Source: Methanoregula sp.
GTDB taxonomy: Archaea > Halobacteriota > Methanomicrobia > Methanomicrobiales > Methanospirillaceae
Length of the DNA: 64,000 nt
NCBI GenBank assembly: GCA_039698055.1
Contig: JBDKTL010000030.1
Span: 32,001-96,000, forward strand
Direction: 5' to 3'
Part shown: piece after piece, positions 28,388 through 36,780 of the stretch
Numbering within the stretch: position 1 is the stretch's first letter
How the letters are laid out: every line of letters starts with the position of its first letter
Notes under the pieces: generated by a model
Databases searched by the model: none
What the model was told of the DNA's origin: nothing
What the model saw: the letters and a program-made list of their open reading frames with translations, nothing else
Made by a program: the position numbers and the translations under genes

Positions 28388-28426
28388 AAAAAGAGAGGGG
28401 ACCGGAGGTCTCCTCCCCTCCGGGTC
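28388..28426 (-). terminator. Hairpin + T-rich tract after 28444-28947
   Basis: GACCGGAGG / CCTCCGGGTC inverted repeat followed on the minus strand by CTCTCTTTTT. Confidence 0.5.
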
Positions 28427-28443
28427 GTTTCGTCAAAACGGTT

Positions 28444-28947
28444 CTAGGCGAGAGCTGCCACAGTGTCCGCCCAGGTCTCCACATTCGTCCGGATTGCGTC
28501 ATCCGAGTACGAAGTGATGGTGACCCGGTCGCGGCTGAAGTTCACCATGTAGATCTCACCGTTCGCGTCATGGCACCGCAGGGAGGCGCTGAATGCATCC
28601 TTCCCGAGATCGTGGACCACGGACCCGCCGTGAGCCGTGCTGACCGCAGCGGCAGCGAGCAGTGCAGTCACACCCGCATTGAACTTTGCCAGGGTGTCGA
28701 ATTTGTGGCTGCCCGTGCCAACGGTCTTGGCATCGGTGTCCTGATAGACGAGTTTCGCGGTGTATGCCTCCTTGGTCTTCTCGACCGGGGGGTGGCTCTG
28801 ACCTGCAGTCATATACGCTACACACTCAAAGGGATTGTCGGTGATGACCGACTGGACGATCGTGTTGAACGTCGCAACATCCACGATGGGTTCTGCAAGG
28901 GTGCGGGTCGCACTCTTGACATTTGCACTCTGTACGAAATCTGCCAT
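28444..28947 (-). CDS. Hypothetical 167-aa Ala/Thr/Val-rich protein (module gene 1)
   Basis: GGAGTGA RBS; clean ORF MADFVQ...VETWADTVAALA. Confidence 0.8.
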   Translation of the reverse strand: MADFVQSANVKSATRTLAEPIVDVATFNTIVQSVITDNPFECVAYMTAGQSHPPVEKTKEAYTAKLVYQDTDAKTVGTGSHKFDTLAKFNAGVTALLAAAAVSTAHGGSVVHDLGKDAFSASLRCHDANGEIYMVNFSRDRVTITSYSDDAIRTNVETWADTVAALA

Positions 28948-29066
28948 TCTTCACTCCCGCCCTTGGGCCCTTGGGCTGAATAATACTCTATAGGACGGGG
29001 GGCTTAGGTTTTACTGAAGGGAAGGAGAAAGGAAACCTCAAGGCAATTTAGCCACATAATTGAATT

Positions 29067-29954
29067 GTGACAGAAATCATCAAAATGCAACATTACGTTC
29101 CAAGAGTATACCTGAGAAATTTTTCCTTTGACCAAAAATCAAACGATTATGCTATTTATTGTTTTGATAAAACCAATTCGAAGGCATTCCCCGTAAACAT
29201 TTCAAATATTGCGTGTGAACGTTTCTTTTACGATATTGAAAACGACGAAGATCAGACCATCGAAAAATTACTCTGTAAATACGAAGGGGCGTATGCGGGA
29301 GTGTATAACAAGATTATCGAAAACTGGAATCTGAATTGTTTAAACAGCGATGAGAGGACAATTCTGGCATTCTTTTTCTCAATCCAATATCTCCGGACGA
29401 AAGAACAACGGATCTCCTATCGTGACGTATTCAACTGTGTGAAAGACCGGTTAACCCAACAGTGTTCGAGCGAGTCGCTCAAAGAGGACCTTGAGGCATG
29501 CGGTCAGGAATCGGTATTGAAAGAAGGACATCTAACTGTTTTTATGAAGGCCGTTCCGGAAATGGCGCAAAAATTGCTCACAATGAAATGGACATTATGT
29601 AAAAATACAACAACGATGCCGTTCTGGGCTTCGGATAACCCGATTGTGATGGATAACCATGCAGAAAATAAGTACGATCGCTATCTGGGGTATGCCTGCC
29701 CGGGAATAGAGATGTACCTTCCCTTAAATCCACAATATTGCCTCGCAATTTTTGATTCTGCGAAATATCATGTGCTGCCGGGCATCATGGAAACAAAAAG
29801 CATCGAGAATGTAATTTACAACAATTGTCTGCAACTCATGAACTCCACACGGTTCATTTTCTCAAATACCGAAGACTTTTCCTATGCCGAGAAATTCCTG
29901 GAGAAAAAACCTGAATACAAAAGTGTTGATCGGCAGAGGATCTTTCCTCCGTGA
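29067..29954 (+). CDS. DUF4238-domain protein
   Basis: QHYVP..YLRNF, FY, E..L...E, Q.LRT, F..SDNP, YLPLNP..CL. Confidence 0.85.
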   Translation: MTEIIKMQHYVPRVYLRNFSFDQKSNDYAIYCFDKTNSKAFPVNISNIACERFFYDIENDEDQTIEKLLCKYEGAYAGVYNKIIENWNLNCLNSDERTILAFFFSIQYLRTKEQRISYRDVFNCVKDRLTQQCSSESLKEDLEACGQESVLKEGHLTVFMKAVPEMAQKLLTMKWTLCKNTTTMPFWASDNPIVMDNHAENKYDRYLGYACPGIEMYLPLNPQYCLAIFDSAKYHVLPGIMETKSIENVIYNNCLQLMNSTRFIFSNTEDFSYAEKFLEKKPEYKSVDRQRIFPP

Positions 29955-30282
29955 TACCCCTTACAGAGCATCCTCTTCATTTCGGATCTGGTCCTCGATG
30001 AACTTGCGGATCTCCTCTTTTCCCGGGAGCCCAAGCTGATACTTGGAGACAAACAACTGGTTGTCCATACTTCTTCGTCCGCAGGTGATTCACTCATACA
30101 ATCTCCAAAAACTCTGAGTATTATTAAAGACAGTGTATCGCAATTCGAATCAAATAATTTTGCGTAAACCATTATTATTTAGAGGATATCTCCTCCGTAT
30201 GTCTCCAATTGGGAAGACCGGGGAAGGTACTCATTACATTTTAAAAGGGCGCCAAATGGGCTAAAGAGGCACAGAAGGAGTA

Positions 30283-30396
30283 TCATTGAGGTACCACCCA
30301 TACAGCCCCTATCCCGGCAACCGCCATCTCGAATCGTTCCGGCCCATCCCCGAAATAGAACCGTGCCGGTGAAAATATCGGTCCTGACTCATCCCC
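30283..30396 (-). pseudogene. C-terminal remnant of the adenine MTase gene
   Basis: Translates GDESGPIFSPARFYFGDGPERFEMAVAGIGAVWVVPQ*, versus GDEGPGPTFSPALFYVGDGPERFEKAFAEIGAVWGVPKV* in 32605-33120. Confidence 0.85.
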
Positions 30397-30443
30397 CTGA
30401 TAAGGGCCTAAAAAAGGAGAGAAAAAGTTATAACAATAAGATA

Positions 30444-32372
30444 TTATTTGGGAAGTAAGACATTAATTTTTTGAAATAATGCAGCCGCCCTATCGATTGT
30501 GGCAACGTCGATTTTTTTGAGAAGATCGGATTGCTCATTCAGCAGAAAAACCGCTGGTAGATAATGATTGAAATGGCCTCCCGAAATAGCTTGGAGTTTG
30601 AAGTATTCCTCGATTCTCTTGACAATCCGGGGATTTTGGTTTGTAAAGGATTTGAGGGTTAATTTTTGAGATAATTCTTTAGGGTAAGCACCATTAACTA
30701 AATTCAAATAAAACTGGGGTTCGAATAAATCTTCAATATCGGCATCTTTTGCCCCGGTTATCTCACCGATATTGATCAGATTTTTATTACCGAGGAAATG
30801 GTTCCCCTTTAAATTTTTTATCCGCTGTTTATCTCGTTCTGAAATATCTATCAAAACGGCGATGTTCAATTCATTCGCTCCCAGTAATGATACGAATGTT
30901 GAAACCTTATCTGCCCCACCAACGGGGGTCACTACCCAGCGGGGATCCAGACCATTTTTCCCATGGCTGATTACAGCCTCACTTAAAATCTTCAGATAAA
31001 TCAAATCTGATGGGCCTTCTACGAGAAGACAATTGGGACCAATAAACAAAGTTTGGGCAAGATCATATCCAAGTGCCGCCTGAAGAGGGAATATTGTATC
31101 TTGATCATTTCGTAATATATCCTCACTAATTTTTGTTCCTTTTTCATCCACATCTTGAACAGTCCTGACGCTGGTCAATGCATTTGGATCGATCATGAAC
31201 GGTGAATGGGTTGTATATATCACCTGATGTTTCGGGGCAAGACGTTCATCGATAAACCTGAGAAAGTCCCCTTGAGCTTTTGCATGCAGATTTAATCCAG
31301 GTTCATCTAGCAAAAGGATCAAATCTGCGTCACTTCGCTCGATTTGGGAGAAATATGCAAAGAATGAGAAAAACCAGATAAATCCCCGTGATCTTTCATC
31401 AAAAGGCACAGTAACCCGGTGACGGTTGTTCTTAATTCTTACGTGGAGGATAGGACCATTATTCAACGGGGGCGGATCGTTTGGATTTGCCTGGGAGATA
31501 TCGAACTCCACTTCAAGCTGTTTGTTCTGAGTCCAGTATTCAAATACCTGATCGGAGATACTGATTGATGCGGCTTCTAATTCCGCTTTCAGACGTTCAT
31601 AATTTGTTACACTCTCAAAATCCTCAAGTTTGTTATCAGAAAGTGATAACAGCGCTAAGAAGGTCCGATCTGCTTCATCAGTTTGATTTTGATCTCGCCG
31701 CGTTTTGAGGAAAGGAATTGAAATACGTCCTTTCATTGTGCAATAATCATCAAAATACACAAATTTTGGAATAAATTTTGTGAGAAATTCATTGATAATA
31801 TACTCATTCAGCCCTTTTGGAAATCGGGAATTAACTGTGGTCAAAAGAGTATTGGCCACGACTTGGCTTTCTTTATTCTTTTCAAGGAGTTCTTTAAATT
31901 CGTCGAGTGTCTCAATATTCGTAGCCTGTTTTTTTACGTCGTCCAACAATTCAGATGTGATTAGCATATGCTGGACTGCTGTCTTCTCATCTGTTTGTAA
32001 ACTCCACACACGGGAATTTTTGAAATTTTTAGTCACTTTTACAATATTGGATTTTAAAGCATTTTTTCCAAGGACAGATTCAATTTTATCAATTTCCTCT
32101 TTTAAAAGTTCAAATTCAGCAATTACAACCACAGCGGGAGTTTTATCATGAATTTGTTTGTACCTTGTATATCCTTTTCTTGGATAGTCCATGATATCGA
32201 AATTTCCATTTGCACCCTCAACAGGACTTAATTTTTGTAAAGCCTGAAGAAACGCAGTTTTACCGGACTCGTTTTTACCGACAAGGCATGTGACCGTATC
32301 AATTTTTACGGGGTCTGAATCATCAATACTCTTAAAATTTTGTACATGAGCGGTGATTAATTTCATAATCAT
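30444..32372 (-). CDS. OLD-family-like ABC ATPase + TOPRIM nuclease
   Basis: NFKSI, LVGKNESGKT (Walker A), LLLDEPG (Walker B), YTTHSP, LLVEGPSD (TOPRIM), DIEDLF. Confidence 0.85.
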   Translation of the reverse strand: MIMKLITAHVQNFKSIDDSDPVKIDTVTCLVGKNESGKTAFLQALQKLSPVEGANGNFDIMDYPRKGYTRYKQIHDKTPAVVVIAEFELLKEEIDKIESVLGKNALKSNIVKVTKNFKNSRVWSLQTDEKTAVQHMLITSELLDDVKKQATNIETLDEFKELLEKNKESQVVANTLLTTVNSRFPKGLNEYIINEFLTKFIPKFVYFDDYCTMKGRISIPFLKTRRDQNQTDEADRTFLALLSLSDNKLEDFESVTNYERLKAELEAASISISDQVFEYWTQNKQLEVEFDISQANPNDPPPLNNGPILHVRIKNNRHRVTVPFDERSRGFIWFFSFFAYFSQIERSDADLILLLDEPGLNLHAKAQGDFLRFIDERLAPKHQVIYTTHSPFMIDPNALTSVRTVQDVDEKGTKISEDILRNDQDTIFPLQAALGYDLAQTLFIGPNCLLVEGPSDLIYLKILSEAVISHGKNGLDPRWVVTPVGGADKVSTFVSLLGANELNIAVLIDISERDKQRIKNLKGNHFLGNKNLINIGEITGAKDADIEDLFEPQFYLNLVNGAYPKELSQKLTLKSFTNQNPRIVKRIEEYFKLQAISGGHFNHYLPAVFLLNEQSDLLKKIDVATIDRAAALFQKINVLLPK

Positions 32373-32604
32373 TCCTCTTGTTTGATCGGCGACTGATCAA
32401 GATCTGATTACTATTCCTCTATCTGTTGTCATTTATAAACGATATGGGATATGATGCGTTATCATTGTGATATATTTTTAGTATTCGGTTCACAATGTGA
32501 AAATAACAAAAGGGTATTTTTTCGATTATAATTTTTTAGAATTCTGAAAAGAATCGTTTCTGGAAGAATGTTATGAGGTGAAAATTTCATTTCTCAGCAT
32601 CTAT

Positions 32605-33120
32605 TCAGACTTTCGGCACACCCCAAACCGCCCCGATCTCAGCAAACGCCTTCTCGAACCGTTCCGGCCCATCCCCGACATAGAACAGTGCCGGTGAAAA
32701 CGTCGGACCGGGACCCTCATCACCAGCAGGCCCCACAAACCGGATCCTCGCAGAAGGAAAACATACCCGGCACGATATCGCCGTCAGCGTCTTCCATGCA
32801 GCAGTCTCGGTCGCCGATTTCCACAGTACAATCGCCTCCGTGGTCCGGCCTGCGGACCGCTCCAGATATAATTTCGAGAACCACTGCTCGACACCGGGCC
32901 CGAACGGGGGATTAAGAAACACCCGTCCCGACCAGGGCTGCACGAGCCCGTTGTCCTGAGCTGTGTAATGCCTCGCTGCCGGCACGTTCGGGATCTCCCG
33001 GCAGTTGCTGGCCGGGTCCAGATCGATTGCGCCCATGCACGCGATCACTGCATCGAGGATGTACTGCGGCGTGTAATGCTCCGTGCTCTCGTGCGAAAGA
33101 AGGGCTGGAGGGACGGTCAT
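32605..33120 (-). CDS. Phage-type DNA N6-adenine methyltransferase
   Basis: EHYTP, IDLDPAS, DNGL.QPW.GRVFLNPPF, RIRF. Confidence 0.85.
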   Translation of the reverse strand: MTVPPALLSHESTEHYTPQYILDAVIACMGAIDLDPASNCREIPNVPAARHYTAQDNGLVQPWSGRVFLNPPFGPGVEQWFSKLYLERSAGRTTEAIVLWKSATETAAWKTLTAISCRVCFPSARIRFVGPAGDEGPGPTFSPALFYVGDGPERFEKAFAEIGAVWGVPKV

Positions 33121-33330
33121 ATGATGAGATGATGTGTAAAATCACCGGCTTAGTCTTTACTGAAGACCGGGACGCAGGACGGGGACACAGAAATCGCACA
33201 TAATATTAAAAAGCATATTTACATCCGCCACTCAATATCTCTTATTCATCTCAGCAAAATCCTCTGACTCCCGGGTGAGGATAAGCACGATTATGACAAC
33301 GATAACGACGACAACAAGCAGGACAACAAC

Positions 33331-34776
33331 ATGATAGGCATCTTCGTCAGCAGTGTGCAGAAGGAATACGGCGATGAGCGCCGTTCAATTCGTGAATTTA
33401 TTCACAATGATCCTCTTCTGAAACAATTCTTTCATGCATTCATATTCGAGGATCTCCCTGCCGCCGATCATCGGCCTGATGAAATTTATCTTGATGAAGT
33501 GAATCGGTGCACAATATATCTGGGAATTTACGGGAAACACTACGGACCGGAGGATGCAGAAGGACTTTCCCCAACCGAACGGGAATTTAATCGCGCAACC
33601 GAGCAATGCAAACACCGGCTGATTTTCGTGCAAGGTTCCGATGACACCGGAAGGCACAGCAAGATGTCTGCCCTCATCCAGAAAGCAGCGGGACAGGTAA
33701 TACGGCGACGTTTCACGGATATTTCGGATCTGAAAACCCAGATCTATGCGGCTCTTGTCCAGTACCTCAGCGAGAATGGCCTTCTGCGACACAAGCCTTT
33801 TGACGAAGCAATATGTATCGGTGCATCGATCGATGATATTTCCCCGGAAAAAATCGCCTGGTTTCTCTCGGTCTCAAAGAAGGAACGGAAATTTCCGCTC
33901 CGGGCAGGCACACCGGCAGAGGCGGTTCTGTCTCACTTAAACCTGCTTGATGGATCACAGCCTACGCACGCAGCGATACTTCTCTTCGGGAAAAACAGTC
34001 ATCACTTTCTCCCAGCAGCGGAGATCAAATGCCTGAGCTTCCGGGGCACAAAGATCGAGAAACCAATTCCCTCCTATCAGATTTATACCGGGACGCTCTT
34101 CGATCAGGTGGACAATGCTGCAGATTTTGTACTTTCAAAACTTGATCGCCGCGTTTCTGCACGGGATGAAACACCAGTGAGTGATACCGGCTATGAGATC
34201 CCGGTCCCTGCTATCCATGAAGCACTTGTCAATGCTGTTGTCCATCGGGATTACACATCCAAAGCAGCAGTTCAGGTTATGGTTTTTGCAGATCGGGTAG
34301 AAGTGTGGAACCCTGGTGCCCTGCCCTCGGACCTGACACCCGACAGTCTCAAGACAGAACACCCATCCATTCCTCACAACCCGCTCATTGCCCATCCGTT
34401 GTACTTAACGCACTACATCGAGAAGGCCGGTACCGGGACGCTCGATATGATCACGTATTGCAAGGAGGCCGGTCTTCCGGAACCGGGTTTCGAGCAACGC
34501 GGAGGCCAGTTCGTTGTCACCCTCTGGAGAGACTGGCTGACAGAATCCGTGCTGGCTGAATTTGGACTTAATGAACGACAGATGATGATCATTACCTTCA
34601 TGAAAAGCCATGCCAGAATTACCAATACCGAATGTCAGAGTCTTACCGGTGCCGCCCGTAAAGCGACGAGCCGCGATCTCGGAGGACTCGTTGACGCCGG
34701 TCTTCTGATTCGTGTCGGTGAACGACGCGGGGCGTATTATGAACTCGCCCGAAGTAAACACAAAGAAATTATTTGA
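33331..34776 (+). CDS. DUF4062 + RecG-C/HATPase_c_4 + winged-HTH protein
   Basis: IFVSSV..E...ER, YLGIYG..YG, SPTEREF; EALVNAVVHRDY, DRVEVWNPG, IEKAGTG; LNERQ..SRDL..LV. Confidence 0.85.
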   Translation: MIGIFVSSVQKEYGDERRSIREFIHNDPLLKQFFHAFIFEDLPAADHRPDEIYLDEVNRCTIYLGIYGKHYGPEDAEGLSPTEREFNRATEQCKHRLIFVQGSDDTGRHSKMSALIQKAAGQVIRRRFTDISDLKTQIYAALVQYLSENGLLRHKPFDEAICIGASIDDISPEKIAWFLSVSKKERKFPLRAGTPAEAVLSHLNLLDGSQPTHAAILLFGKNSHHFLPAAEIKCLSFRGTKIEKPIPSYQIYTGTLFDQVDNAADFVLSKLDRRVSARDETPVSDTGYEIPVPAIHEALVNAVVHRDYTSKAAVQVMVFADRVEVWNPGALPSDLTPDSLKTEHPSIPHNPLIAHPLYLTHYIEKAGTGTLDMITYCKEAGLPEPGFEQRGGQFVVTLWRDWLTESVLAEFGLNERQMMIITFMKSHARITNTECQSLTGAARKATSRDLGGLVDAGLLIRVGERRGAYYELARSKHKEII

Positions 34777-34815
34777 GACGGTTTCTTTCAACCAGCAACT
34801 GAAGATCGGGAAAAA

Positions 34816-34882
34816 TATGGGACAATTATGAGACATATGAGACATGTGTGATATATGAGACAAGTATGGGACATATGAGACA
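34816..34882 (+). repeat. Tandem 9-bp repeat TATG(A/G)GACA, 7 units
   Basis: Units at 34816, 34827, 34836, 34845 (degenerate), 34854, 34865 and 34874. Confidence 0.85.
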
Positions 34883-35040
34883 TGCATCAAACAAAATCCC
34901 CGTGGGGGAATGGGGCCATAAAGGGGCCTAAGGGGCCAAGATTCAATAGATATTACCCCGAAATTGAGGGATTGAATCGATGATTTTCAGTTTCACGCCA
35001 CAGGACATTCATTTAATGACCATGTGAACCGGACGATCTA

Positions 35041-35832
35041 TTGATCGTCCGGTTCACAGGGCCTTGTACGGTGATATCTATCTCTGAAGAGCAGATCCTT
35101 ATTCCCCTGAACGCGAAGGAATATTCAGACGCCCATCAACCAATCGTTGAAGAAAATCTGATGCGTTTGCCATTCTGTTTTAATGAATATTCTAAACCGT
35201 TTATCGGTTTTGAACACCTCAATTCGCTCTATCGGGAATCATATTCCTGTCTTATCCACGGGAATTATCATGCCGGAATTGTCATAATGAATCAATTGCT
35301 CGAAGAGACATTAAGAGAAATTATTCGTGTTCATACCGGAAAGAATGATGGTTCTGTTCTGGAGGGATTATTGTCCTCTATGTCTCAGCAGAGCAAGGTA
35401 ACACTAAAACGATATCTCATTCATCCGGAACTTGTCAATCAGATTTCTAAAATAAAAGAGGATATCAGACATCCCTACACGCACATGAGATATCGCAAGA
35501 TTTTACGTGGTCAAAAAATATCCGCAGCAAAAATTATGGTGGGAACCGATCCCGAAAAAATTCTGGAGAATGTGAAAAACGGAGTTGAGGCTTCGAAAGA
35601 AGGAAAATTACAGTATGATGAATATGATCCTAGTGGAGATCCTGTTGTTGCTGCATATTTGAAACGAGATATCGATAAAGTACTTGCAATTCAACTCGCA
35701 TGGAAAATATATCCGCTCTATTGGCTTTTGATGGAAGAGTACCTCAACCAAGAAATTACCGAGGCATCCTTGAAAAAATTCGGCTCTATGTGGGAGCCGG
35801 TGGCCCAAAAAGAAAAAAACCAAGTGGGTTAA
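35041..35832 (+). CDS. Putative HEPN-fold (DUF4145-like) protein, start uncertain
   Basis: Y.ES..C...GNY.A.IV....LLE..L helix pattern and RHPYTH (Rx4H). Confidence 0.55.
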   Translation: MIVRFTGPCTVISISEEQILIPLNAKEYSDAHQPIVEENLMRLPFCFNEYSKPFIGFEHLNSLYRESYSCLIHGNYHAGIVIMNQLLEETLREIIRVHTGKNDGSVLEGLLSSMSQQSKVTLKRYLIHPELVNQISKIKEDIRHPYTHMRYRKILRGQKISAAKIMVGTDPEKILENVKNGVEASKEGKLQYDEYDPSGDPVVAAYLKRDIDKVLAIQLAWKIYPLYWLLMEEYLNQEITEASLKKFGSMWEPVAQKEKNQVG

Positions 35833-35925
35833 CAGTTTTTGTTGAGAGAGACTATTGCGGAACCCCCGACACCGCCAGAAGAAAACCCATAATGTTTTTT
35901 CAAGGGATACGTGAATATTACATTC

Positions 35926-36771
35926 ATGAGTGAAAAATTTACTTACGATATTCCCGATTCAAATCTATATCTCAAAGGAGTGATAGCTCTACTTCGATCA
36001 AAAAATGAGATAAAAATTGCTGATCTTCTTATTGGTTGCAAGTGTGACATTTCGCACGCTTCCCAATTTTCTCGAAGAAGATATGATGCCTTCTATACCT
36101 GGATTAAATTCTACGTCCCTCTCTCAAAACTCGAATCTTTCTCAGAATATGCAAAACATAGAATTCTCGAAGAATGTAACGCGGCAATGCCGGATATATC
36201 GGGACTCGATGTAATGAAAATTGAAATTTCACCACTGTTGGAGGAAATTTCAGAAGAACCAACACTTTCCGTCGATTTAGAGAAGATATCGGCTGAATTA
36301 ACTAACAAATTCGCTCAAATTCTGCCACCAGAAATCTTGAATAATGGAAAAGAAATGGCGGAAGTTTATTTGTATCTTTATTGCATCGAGAACAGTTTGA
36401 GAATCTTCATCGAATCCGTTGCGAAAGAAAAATATGGTGATGACTGGACATCCAAATTAAAAATGAATCGTTCAATCAAAGATAGTATATCAAGACTCAG
36501 AGATCTGGAAGGTCGCAATAAATGGTTGAGCATACGAGGTAAATCTGAATTATTTTTGGTCGATTTCAAAGATCTAGGATCCATCATTTCCCAAAATTGG
36601 GATATCTTCAAACCACATTTCCCTGATTTGAACTGGATTGAATCTAAAATTGGGGAGTTAGCCCAATGTCGCAATCTGGTTGCACATAATAGCTACATTG
36701 ACGACCACGAAAAAGATATAATTCGAGTGAATTATCGAAGCATTTTGAAACAAATCGGTGTAATCGAATAA
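35926..36771 (+). CDS. Swt1-like HEPN domain protein
   Basis: YLYLYCIENSLRIFI, DF.DL..II..NW..F, RNLVAH (Rx4H). Confidence 0.8.
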   Translation: MSEKFTYDIPDSNLYLKGVIALLRSKNEIKIADLLIGCKCDISHASQFSRRRYDAFYTWIKFYVPLSKLESFSEYAKHRILEECNAAMPDISGLDVMKIEISPLLEEISEEPTLSVDLEKISAELTNKFAQILPPEILNNGKEMAEVYLYLYCIENSLRIFIESVAKEKYGDDWTSKLKMNRSIKDSISRLRDLEGRNKWLSIRGKSELFLVDFKDLGSIISQNWDIFKPHFPDLNWIESKIGELAQCRNLVAHNSYIDDHEKDIIRVNYRSILKQIGVIE

Positions 36772-36780
36772 TTTTTCCAC

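Noticed and set aside
29882-30172. 96-aa minus-strand ORF
   Set aside because: Overlaps the DUF4238 3' end, Ser-rich, no motifs.
34816-34939. Possible CRISPR array
   Set aside because: 9-bp units without spacers and no cas genes; no CRISPR array was seen anywhere in the window.
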